DNA of 64,000 bases from Gnetum montanum (lineage: Eukaryota > Plantae > Gnetophyta). This document shows positions 41,990-52,845 of the stretch, piece by piece (within the stretch, counting starts at the first letter, position 1; every line of letters begins with the position of its first letter). Where the stretch lies: contig MNCI01002110.1 in NCBI GenBank assembly GCA_015680685.1, positions 66,324 through 130,323 on the forward strand, in the 5' to 3' direction. The notes beneath the pieces were generated by a model. It saw only the letters and a program-made list of their open reading frames with translations. It was not told where the DNA came from and ran no database searches. Made by a program: the position numbers and the translations under genes.

Positions 41990-42248
41990 TGTTTTAACAT
42001 TTTCCTTTTTTTGTTTTTCCTCAATTCGAACTTGCACTAAAATTGTAACCGGAACTTTATGAGACGAACAGAGATTGCTGATTGTATATGCAATAACATG
42101 GACACACATATGTACGTATATATTATATTATATATATATTTTTTTTGTTGATTTTGGGTATATCATGGTGTGGAAACGTAAAATGTTTTGGTTTGTTTTC
42201 TGTTTTACATGCGATGTAAGAAGCGACTAGGAGTAGAATGGAAATCGA

Positions 42249-42447
42249 ATACTAGTTTATCGCCATTTCGGGCCCTATACTAGTTTATCGCCATTTCGGG
42301 CCCTATGCGTAGTTTATCGCCATTTCGGGCCCTATACTAGTTTATCGCCATTTCGGGCACCATGCGTAGTTGATCACCATTTCGGGCCCCATGCATAGTT
42401 TATCGCCATTTCTGGCCCTATGCGTAGTTTATCGCCATTTCGGGCTA
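42249..42447. repeat. 28/29-bp tandem array, 7 copies (AT(A/GC)(C/G)TAGTTTATCGCCATTTCGGGCCCT)
   Basis: Directly visible. Confidence 0.95.
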
Positions 42448-42663
42448 CGTGCGTGACTAAACAATGTTTTGGAACATGCGGGTAGATTTCTCTGGCAACC
42501 GATCATTGCTGCTCGTGGCTAGTTTTATGTCATTGCGGACACGATAGTTTAGTGTCATTTCAGACGAGAAGTGGTATTTAATTGTTTTTCTTGTTTTATC
42601 GTAGTTTAATGTCATTTCGGACTTTTTATAGTTTAACGTCATCTCGGACTAGGCGTTTGTTTT

Positions 42664-45600
42664 CTATTTTAATTGTTTTTTGATATTCTTTATTTTTACG
42701 TCAGAGGGTGTACTGACAGGCACGATTTTATACTCGGCGTCTCCCTCACTAATCACGTTGAATGGTAATTCAGCCCAGGAGTTGTTTCCGGTGATTGTAT
42801 TGTCAAGTGTTTCAGTGTCGGTTGTTGTTTCTGCGTCATCTTCTTCGTGATGGCATAGATGCGGTGCGTTAAGTGGGGCTGTTTCGGCTTCGGGAGATTT
42901 TCGATCTATGTTAGAAGGCTTGCCGTTTACTAGTGATCGGGGACCCTTGTCGCTTTGATTAGGCTTTTCGAGCTCTATTTCTGACCCTTGTTCTATGTCT
43001 GAGTTTGATGAGATGATGGGAACGACCGCTTCTCCATGTATGATGACTTCTCCGCCCCCGTAAGGCAGGTGAATTTCCTGATGTATGGGGGATGATACGG
43101 CTCTCAACTGGGCTTCTCCGCCCTAAGATGAGAATGAACCCTGGCATCTCATCAACTACCAGAAAATCAGCGGACGTGGGGAATTGGTTCCCTGCTATAA
43201 AGTCAAGGGTTATCGTGCCTTTGACTAAGACGTGCGACCTGCTGAAGGATTTCAAACACGCGGTTGTTGTGGGTTTGATCGCGTCTGTTAGCCCCAGCTG
43301 TTCGATGATCGGATATGGGACAACGTTAGTGGCCGCCCCATCATCTACATGTACCCTATGTATCTTAAATTGGTTTATATGTATAGTGATAAACATAGGG
43401 GTCGTCGTCGCCTCACCTGTTATTTTATCTATCTTGATGTTCTGGTCGTGGAAGCTCAAGGGCTTAGGGCTAATCCCGTGAGGGGGGCACATTACGGCAT
43501 GGATTGCCGGTTCACTTGGAGGCAAATCCTCGCTAACCGGGATGGATGTCAACATGCGTACGAGGGCCTCGCGGTGAGTCTGGGAAGTTAGCACTAAGTC
43601 ATATAAGCTTAGGGAGGTGTTCTTTTGCTTTAGCGCCTGAGTCACCTGTGTTAAGACTGTTGCGAAATCTCTGCTATTAGAAGAATTATGGTTGAAAGGT
43701 TCCGGGTCCATGGGGCCCAAGAGCTTTATCTCGCGTTTTTGCGATTTATCATTCTTGCGAACATTAGTGGTTTCACGTTTTTCGCGTGTCTGAGAAGTTT
43801 TGCCGCTGCTTCCTATGCCAGGTAGACCCTCGGATGGTGCCATGGGCATGGAGCTAAGAGGTGTCGGTTTAGGTGGCCCCATGGCTAGCCGTTGGCGTTC
43901 TCCCTCTACCTGCTCACGTGTGAGCTTGTCCGACAGGCGTTCTCGTGTGTTACGAGGGGGCGGATTTGGCCTCGGAACTTGAATTTGCCCAGGAACTTTT
44001 ACGACATATGGGGCAGGGCAGGGTTGCGGATACGACTGGGTAAGGGTTTGTGCGGGCACCTGGACGACGTATGGAGTTGGTCTGAATGGAGACGGGACTT
44101 CTGTCATGGCGACAGCAGGTGGTACTCGGACTACAAAAGGGGTAGGCCGAGCGCGGGGCGTTGTTGAAACGGGAGGAACGCGCACTACGTAGGGTTGTTG
44201 GCGTGTCGTCATATTGGGAGCGGGTGTAGTCGGGGGTACTCGGACTATGTACGGCCGCTGCGGGGTACGAGGTGTCTGTGGTGTTAGCGCGGGCCCAGCA
44301 GGAGGGATTTGGACTACAAATGGCCTGTTAGACATTTCCTTATTCTCGGGGTGTATCGTGTTAACATATGGCATGTCGGAGTCATCCTCACAGTAAATAG
44401 TGCTAATCGTGTATGGAGCCTCTTTGGTGTTTAGGGGGTCTTGGTATACCCCCATGGTCTGATTTTGCGGTTGAACGGGGTTAGCCCCGTCAAACGTGAT
44501 GCTGCCCTCGTCAATCATTCGCTGGATGTCTTGCTTCAAAGTGAAACAATAATCTGTCCCGTGGCCTGGTCTTTGGTGATAATCGCAAAAGCGATCCATT
44601 CGGAATCCTTTGGGCACGGGAGGCTCATCTGGCGTTGCTAGGCTCGGATTCTGTACGAGTTGACAGAATCGGTCGTGTCTTTGTATAGCCGCTGGTGATA
44701 ATTGTTTGTGGCTCATCAACCCAGATTTTAAGAGTTGATCAAATAGTTGGGAAGGCTTCATCGGCAGCGGCGTGTATTGAGAGGGCTCTTTCCTCTCAAA
44801 ATTCCGCGTACGGTTCGTCTGAGTCTGTTGCGATGATGATTCTGGCGTGGTTGCTGCGGGCTGAGGGTGATAATAGTTAGTAGGTGGCGCCGGTGGCTTT
44901 TGTTGTTGGGTCCCTGCTACGGCCGCTATAGTGGTTTTAGCCTTTTCTTTGTCTTTCTTAGCATGTTGATTCTTAAAAGCTGTGTAGGCTGGGTCATGAC
45001 TATTTTGGGCGGCTTCCTCAATGTTCTTAATTTGTTCAAACGCCTGATTAAGATCGCGCGCATTGAGGTAATACAATTTAGATTTAAAGAAATCATTGAC
45101 GGCTCCTTTTAAAATTGTGAGCAGATAAAATGGGGAGATTGGTTCGTGAAGCTCGTTCAGGGCTGCACTCCACCTTTGGATAAACTTCTGAACGGGTTCG
45201 AGAGGCCCCTGCTTAATCTGCAAGAGGCTATCCAACGTTGGTTCGGGCTTCAAGTTATACTTGAACCGGGTCACGAACTGACGTATAAGGTCATCCAACG
45301 CGCAGATTGAGTTCCTGGGCAAGGCACGGTACCAATCGAGTGCCCTTCCTGTAAGGGACATGGGGAACACCCGTAGGACAGCGTGGGGCCAAGCCTGGAG
45401 CAGGGCACATTCCAACCGGAAGGTTATGAGATGGGCGTTAGGATCCGTCTCCCCGTTATACTTGGTTAGTGTGGGCAGGGGAACGCCTTTGGGNNNNNNN
45501 NNNNNNNNNNNNNNNNNNNNNNNNNNNNNNNNNNNNNNNNNNNNNNNNNNNNNNNNNNNNNNNNNNNNNNNNNNNNNNNNNNNNNNNNNNNNNNNNNNNN

Positions 45601-46587
45601 NNNNNNNTTAACGGCAGGTGGTAGCACGATGGGTACGTTGAAGGGAAATTGTTGATGTTGTTGTTGTAACTGGGGTTGTACCGGGGGAACATTGATTGAC
45701 GAGACTGTATGGGGTGGTACCTGGTAAGAAGTTTGCTGGGACAAAGCGCCCATCATTGGCCATCGTCCAGCTGCGTTGTATGATGAGGCTTCGTATTGTG
45801 TTACAGCGGTCAAGGGAGGTGCATGTGTTTGAGGGTTCGAGATGTAATGTGCAGCGGTGGATGTGGGCATAAAATGTGGCATTCCTGTTGTTTGAGATGG
45901 GAACACCACTCCCACGTTGCTGTGAGGGGGTGGTGCCTACGAAGATGAAGCTGCGGCAGTGACCGGAGTGATGACAAAAGGGAATGTATCTGGAAGAAGG
46001 TTATTCCGAGGAGGAATATGGACTAATGTCGATGTTTCTTGCAACGGCCCATGGGGCTGGATGGACCTAGGGGGTTGGAGAGGGACAGCCTCCCCTGCGT
46101 CTAGGTGGAAAGCTGGATTAAGGTTGTTGCGTGGGCTAACGGTATGGTAGGAGTCTTCGTGCTCGGATTGGGCAGCGAATTCATCCTCTTCGTCCAATGG
46201 GGGATCCGCCATAGTTTGGTCTAATGATTGACTCCTATGCAAAAGGAGTTGCGTAAAGAGCTCCGAAAATTGTTCTGGGACAGGAATTATATCAGATGGG
46301 GAGGGGATAAACTCGTGCCCTCCTCTATAAAAGAACTCGAATTGTCTCTTTACCTCCATTTCAGCCTGATCTACTGCCAGGCCGGCTTGTATCTTAATGC
46401 AAATAAAGTTGTATTGATCTTGGGTTATGAGGTTGGCAGCTGGATCTCTCCCTTGTAACCTTAGAGACCGACGGGGCCCCATTGTGGATGGCCCTCCTGT
46501 ATGCGGCGCGATAGGTTGCTGGGCAGTCATGGCATCTAAGGTGCCAACGTCCTGGGTGGTGGCAGCAGTAGCGTTGATAGGATTCAT
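42664..46587 (-). CDS. Tat element gag-protease polyprotein (one in-frame TAG at 45937-45939, an N gap, and a frameshift near 43110)
   Basis: LTKYNGETDPNAHL, VFPMSLTGRALDWY (gag), FCDYHQRPGHGTDYCFTLK (CHHC knuckle), IHRVHVDDGAATNVVP and LILGR/..AVSSPIHQ (aspartic protease). Confidence 0.9.
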
Positions 46588-46629
46588 GATTACAAATTAT
46601 GTAAATTAAAAATGATTCAAGCGCAAATA

Positions 46630-47110
46630 TGTAGCGTGGACGCTGGTCTATGGGCAGCGCAGACGCTAAGTGTTCAGCGTAAACGCTGATCTAGGGAGAT
46701 ATACAGTGTAGGAGCCGGCGTAAGCGTGTAGCGTATACGCTAGAGTTTGTGCAGCGTGAACGCTGGCGCAAATGGTCGGCGTGAACGCTGAGGTAAGCAG
46801 CGTGAACGCTGGCGTGCACAGCGTAAACGCTGGCGTAAATGGTCAGCGTGAACGCTGAGGTAAGCAGCGTGAACGCTGGCGTGCGCAGCGTAAACGCTGG
46901 TGTAAATGGTCAGCGTGAACGCTGAGGTAAGTAGCGTGAACGCTGGCGTGCGCAGCGTAAACGCTGGCGTAAATGGTCAGCGTATACGTTGCTCGTACGT
47001 AAATGCGTAGCGTATACGCTAGGGTTTAGGGTAGCGTATACGCTGAGGGGTTGCTGGCGTAAACGTCGATTTTAACCAGGGCAGCGTACATGCCGACTAG
47101 CGTAGACGCT
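46630..47110. repeat. Tat 5' leader repeats: 67-bp unit ~3x within a dense run of AGCGTnnACGCT palindromes
   Basis: AGGTAAG recurs at 46791, 46858 and 46925 (period 67). Confidence 0.9.
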
Positions 47111-47137
47111 GATGAGCGTGCAGTCTTTGGACGAAGG

Positions 47138-47154
47138 CCCTCCTTCTAGCGCCA
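47138..47154 (-). promoter_or_regulatory. Primer binding site complementary to the tRNA-Asn 3' end (TGGCGCTAGAAGGAGGG)
   Basis: Lies 5 nt inside the 5' LTR. The + strand CCCTCCTTCTAGCGCCA matches the 3' end of plant cytosolic tRNA-Asn(GUU) as I recall it. Confidence 0.8.
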
Positions 47155-47159
47155 AAAAC

Positions 47160-48598
47160 TGTGCCGACCGAAATCGTCGGTGCAAGGCTGGAACGTGACG
47201 AGCACCGAAAGAGATGCGGGCGCGCACAGTTGACCCTGCCTCCGCTTGAGGGCAAGCTGGAAAGGATGAAGGCAGAGTGCCTCGAATGGTCCGCACGCGG
47301 ATCAAAAGAGGACTTCCCCAAGCGCCGCCGAAGCGTTATACGCTGGGTTAGGCGTAAACAGGGCGTGAGCAACGGATCGGGCGTGAATGGCGTAAATGGC
47401 GTAAGCAGAAGTGATTATAGCGTGAGCGTGTGAGTGTGTCAGCGTAAACTGAAACTTGCACAGCGTGAGCGTACAGGCATGACAGCGTAAACAGTGAAAT
47501 ATACACAGCGTGAGCGTGCAGGCGTGACAGCGTGAACAGTGAATGGATGTAGGGCGTGAGCAGGCAAACGGCGTGAACAGTGGGCGTATACGGACGGTGA
47601 CGGAGCGAGAATGTAAACGGGTGTGGGCGAGGAGTGGGCCAAATTGACGTAAAACTGAAAAAGTACACACAACGAGCGTAAACGGTGGTCGTTTTCGTAT
47701 ACGGCCCGAGTGCGGGACGCGAACGTAAACAAGCGTAAACGAAGCGCGGGCCAAATTAATGTAAAACTGTAAGAGAGACTTGCTGTAAACGTAAACAATA
47801 GATTATGGAATTAATGTTTTGTGCACCGGTCTAACGCAGTTGTGTGGGGACACAAGGCGGACGTAAAGCCCCGGTGAACGGAAGGATGCAGCTGGCGGAC
47901 AAGGTGGGCGAGGCGCGGACTGTGTTCAGCGTGCAGCGTGCAGCCTGGAGCGTGCAGTGTGCAGGCCTTTCAGCGTGCAACGTGCGGCGTGCAGCGTGTA
48001 GCGTACAGCATGCAGCGTAAAGCGTGCAGCGTAAGCGTGAAAGTGAAGGGTTTCAGCAGCGTAATTGCTCTGGATACGCTCTTTCTGGTCAATTTCTCCG
48101 GCCCAGTAAATGTGAAATGACGGGCTATTTATAGGGGCAGGGTTACCGGGAATATCGGACTGGGCGACACGTGGCGTATAGACCGGGCGTTACAATTTGG
48201 AAACTCGGTACACGCTGGGCGTATACATTACAAGCTGGCGTGTACGCTGGGCGTACACGCTGGGTGTATACGCCGGGCGTAAACATTACAAGCTGGCGTA
48301 TACGCTGGGCGTACACGCTGGGCGTATACACCGGGCATAGACGGCGACGGATGTCCACTTGCTTCAATCCTTGCTCTCTGGCGTAATCTTTATGTTGCCC
48401 TCGGAAACCCTGTCGTCGAGCGTGTGCCTCTGCCGTACCTGGGGCGTGCACTGAGGGGCCGGGCGTAGACGCTGGGCGTAGGGGCTGGGCGTGAACGCTG
48501 GGCGTGCACGCTGGGCGTGCACGCTGGGAGTGAATGCTGGGCGTGTACGCTGGGCGTGAACGCTGGTACAACACTTAGAAGATTTTTGTGGTGTTTCA
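47160..48598 (-). repeat. 5' LTR of the Tat element (1439 bp, TG...CA)
   Basis: Direct repeat of 31762-33069. Minus-strand TATA (CCTATAAATAG) near 48125-48135. Confidence 0.95.
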
Positions 48599-49425
48599 AT
48601 AATGTTCTAATATTACGATGTGATAACAAGGCATTGCATGCATTAATCTGTAGTAAGTAAACTATGTCTGTGAGCCTTGGTTAGGTTGGTCTTTATTACA
48701 ATTAAATATTTTAAGTCTACTGTTTAAACTATTGTTAGATGGAGCTTTGAGTCTTTTCTCTTTTGCAAGTGGGAGATTTTAATTAAATCTTGGTTATTTA
48801 TGTAACAAACCACTTCTCCTTGAGTTTTTGTGTTACTGATTGTAATAGTCTTTTTGTGTGCATGTTTTGTTGACAAGTTGTGTGTGCTTTGTTTGGACTG
48901 TGGTGGAAATGGCTAATTGGAATAGTAATAAATTTGTTGACCAAATTTTTATATGTATTATGATTAAATATTTAAATACTTTATGCATAAGAAATATGCT
49001 TTAAAATATGTGCTGGGAATGTTTTAAAATAATAATAATAATAAATATATGGGAAAACAAAACATATTTTGTTCTATTTCACCAGAGATGCTAAGAAACA
49101 ATAGAAAAACAGAGAACAATATTGCAAGGTGTGCCTCAAGAGCTAAAACATGTATGTTGAGATGCAAAATAATTCTCATACTAAGGAACTTGACCTATGA
49201 ATCAAGTTGGAGGAACCTAACCCATGAATCAAGGATATTGTGTGTAAATACTGTAGCTTTATATTTTACTTTTTTATCTGAAGGTGATGCATTGCATTTT
49301 TTAGTTTAAAGTAGTAGAGTATAAGTACCCTCTCCATGGCTATAGAAAGGTCACATGATGACCTTTCAAAGCTCGGAAGATGATGAGAAAATTCACATTG
49401 CTAATGACTTGAAAAAGAAAGCGCC

Positions 49426-50735
49426 ATGGGGAAAACGTCCACGTACGAACCTGACTGCGCCGCATTTCAGGAATTCGAGGAGCTCTGGCAGTTGGTGATT
49501 CAATGTGGATGGGATGTTCCTCTGCAGCGACTGGTGGGGGACCCAGATTTGGCAGATGATGCTTTCTTTTCCAACTGGGTCAACAACCGTACCTNACCTT
49601 CAACCCACGGCCTCCAGGACGCAGAGCTGTTCTTCCGCGGGCCCATCCCCAGGACTAAAAGTTGGCAGGTGCCTAGATCTGCCCTCCCCTGCCTTTGGGC
49701 GCGCAGGGTGGACCTGGTGGACCGGTTCTTTGTCCAATCCGACAACGGGTCTAAGTTGCAGGGCCTGCACTTCACCTTCCTCCGTTGCCTCAAAACAGGA
49801 GGCCAGGTCAACCTCCCTCTCTATTTTAAGGAGGCCCTTCGCCTCAAGCGTCGGGGTAAGCACTCGGGCGTGATTCTGGCTCTGTGGCGGGGGGTAGAGG
49901 GGGGGCAGCAACCCTCCCCCTCTGCCCCTCCTCGGGGGAGCTGCCCCCAGGTCCCTGGGGGGGTGGGGGGCTGAGGGTCCCAGTCCTTGGGGGGCCAACG
50001 TCACGCGGGGTCGTAGGGCCCCAAGGACGCGGCGCCCCCCACGCTGCAGACCGGAATGACCTTCGCCCCCCCAGCATCCTCTCCCCCCCGCAACACCCTC
50101 CGCCTAGAACGAGGAGCAACGGCAGAGGGTGGCGGTAGAGGCCAGGGAGGCGGAACGGCGGGATTGGGAGGCGAAGTGGGAGGAGGCCCTCACCCAGGCC
50201 CGCAACGAGTTAGAGGCCCAGTTCTAGGCCAGGGAGCTAGAACAGGCTAGACAACAGGACATCATGGCAGACACGGCCAAGGCTCGGCTCATCGACGAAA
50301 TCAGAGCCCAGGTGCGGGAAGAGCTGGCGCAGGAGGCCGAGTCCCAAAGACAGCCGCAGTAGGCGGAACAGGAGGAGCAGGCCCGACTTAGGGAGGAGGA
50401 AGAGCAGAGACAGCGGCAGCTCAACCGCGCCCATGAGCATAACGCCAGACAGTGGCTGCGGGGGGGGGGGGGAACGTTGCCCATACCTCACGTTAGGTAT
50501 TAGCAGCGAAAGTTCTTGGGGAAATCTTCGAAGACACATCCGTCGAACCTCGGCACAGTGCCACCCCGACACGGGCACCTCCACTGACGACAAAAACAGA
50601 AGGCAGGCGGCCATGCAAGGTCTCCAGCAGGCGGCCAGTTTCATGGACACGGAAGAACACCGAAATACTCTCGACCTCCTGCATGAACTGATTCGCCCCG
50701 ACTGTGCTTGCAGACAGCTCCCTACGAACCCCTAG
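49426..50735 (+). pseudogene. LINE-borne coding module: transposon-protein-like domain, Pro/Gly linker, coiled coil, J-domain (HPD at 50562-50570)
   Basis: MGKTSTYEP...LVDRFF...VNLPLYF; EEQRQRVAVEAREAERRDWEAKWEE...; CPYLTLGISSESSWGNLRRHIRRTSAQCHPD...AMQGLQQAASFMDTEEHRNTLD. Broken by probable CAG>TAG stops and homopolymer frameshifts. Confidence 0.75.
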
Positions 50736-50998
50736 GGCGGTGTGCTGTCTTCGGCCGTCGGGGGGGGGGGGGGGGGCCCCCCCCCCCCCCAGGTTTTTTC
50801 CCCACTCGGGGGTCGATGTTTTTCGATGTATTTTCGCGGCCCTCGGCCACTGGCCGGACGGACGGGGTGAGGTGCCGTGATCGGTCAGGGGTTCCTTTCC
50901 CCTCGGCGGGGCCACCGCTGGTGACCCCTGTTGTAATCTTCTGTAACATATTTTGATCTTTTCATAATAGAATCCCAAATACTTTCTCAAAAAAAAAA
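49426..50998 (+). mobile_element. 5'-truncated LINE insertion consisting only of the unusual 3' module, 3' UTR and poly(A)
   Basis: GC-rich island with poly(A) at 50989-50998. TSD AAAAAGAAAGCGCC (49412-49425) / AAAAAGAAGGTGCC (50994-51007). Protein-level homology to 57290-58799. Confidence 0.85.
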
Positions 50999-52845
50999 GA
51001 AGGTGCCTTATTTGATTATGTATCCTAAGTTGCCCCTATCATGAATCTTTTTTGAAAACTCTTTCTTTGCATCTTATGACAATTCTAAATGATAAAGAGA
51101 TAGATATTATGTTGTAATGTTTTGTAATTATCAAGACGAATTGAACCTAAGCTCTAGCGAAATCTAAATTCTAAAATATCATAAATTGTTTATTTAGGAA
51201 TTGAACTTGCAACCTATGAATATACATATTTTATTGATTTTTTTATAGTGATCATGAATAGAATTGAACTCATGACTCTTTGCAGGAAAAAAAAAGAGAG
51301 AGAATTTTAAAAAGAAAAAAAGAAAACAAATAGTTCCCAAGAAGTCAGTTACAAGAAACCATCCATTATCCCTTATTCCACTTACAAATAGGGAGAGGAG
51401 GAGAGGAAAAAAACACATAAGGAAAAAGTAGTTGAGTAGGACAAAAAAAAAGGGATATACGAGTAGGAAGTGTGGTTGGGAAGGGAGAAAAGATTGTGGC
51501 TGCTACAGGCGATAGCAAGGAGAAAGAAAACAAGTGCTACATAACAATCCAATATTCTGATAATTCTTCTTAGTAAGCAAGATATCTAAGCAAGGAGATA
51601 AAATGATCCATCTTTGTTATGTTTGATAATGGCTAGTAAGGGTTGATTTTCTCAAACTTCTCTCTTCTTGCTTGCCTAACCACCTTCACAATGCTTGTAC
51701 GAAATTATCAAGATTGTTGTTGTAAGCTTAGATTGTTGAAACCTTTATTACTTTCTTTCTTTTTGATCTCTCCACTTGTCCTTTGCACTCTAACACCTAA
51801 ATGACTTGGATGAGGGTTGTTTCTGTAATGGTTTAGAAACACCCATAACTATTTGGGGCATTTTTGGCAAAAGATTGCCAACATGGGCCAAGGAACCCTA
51901 ATATGAGGATTGGTACCATTGGCAGAAAGTGAGAGTGTCCTTGGGCCCACGGGTAATTGTGAATGTTTTAAAATTTGTTGAATTTTTGGGTTTTGGTTAG
52001 AATTTGGTTGATGAACCCTCCCCTTTTGAATGCATAAATCTTGGATCTGAATCTTGAATTATACTTTTTTTTCCTATACCTTTTCAAGTCTGATTTTGAT
52101 ATTTTTCTATAAGTTGATGGAGTGGGGGAAAACCTAGGATGTTAATTTATGGTTGTGATCTATCTATTCTGTGTTGTTGAACATATGATTTTCCTAATTA
52201 AATGATTAATGGTAAAAGGGTTACAAGAGTTAAACTTAGATGATCTTGTTTCATGTGTTGCTGGAAATTCTAAAATATTATTATGTGATTGAACAAATCT
52301 AAGATTATTAATTTATCTGATTTTTTTATCATTTCTTTGGTTTACAAATGTGTAAATGATCCTAATTAGATATTTTTTTTTTGTTGAATAAAAAAAAGTT
52401 TGAATTTTTTTTAATATGATGAATTTTTCATAGATATTTTACTATGGCTATTTTTTTTTTTAAAATGATCTTTGAATTTTTAAAATTAATATTGATTAAC
52501 CTATTTCAAAGCTAGATCTGTGCTATTAATTTTGTTCTAATTTTATAGGTTAATGTTAGTTTGATTGTTGTAAAAGGAAAGCCACCTGTGCATTTTTTTT
52601 CTTTCATCTAGCTTTCTTTCTAGGGGGCTTTGGGTGTTAGCTCTTGCTCCCTATGAATGGGTATTACAATTTAGGTCACATATGTACATTTTGAGGCTCT
52701 ATTTTTGGTTTAGCTCTTGATGCTTTTGCCTTTGCTGTGCATCTCTCTAATTTTGCATGATTGTGTCTATATCACTAGTTTATATTGATTTTTCATGCAC
52801 ACCCATTAATGCATTTTAAAATGTTGATATCACATTTTGACAAAG

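Larger units (their letters stand above)
31761..48598 (-). mobile_element. Young ~16.8-kb Tat/Ogre-type Ty3/gypsy LTR retrotransposon inside a 22-kb IleRS intron
   Basis: Near-identical LTRs and TSD ATAAT (31756-31760, 48599-48603). PBS, PPT, gag with CHHC knuckle, protease, RT, RNase H, a second archaeal-type RNase H and the start of integrase are all present. Confidence 0.95.
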
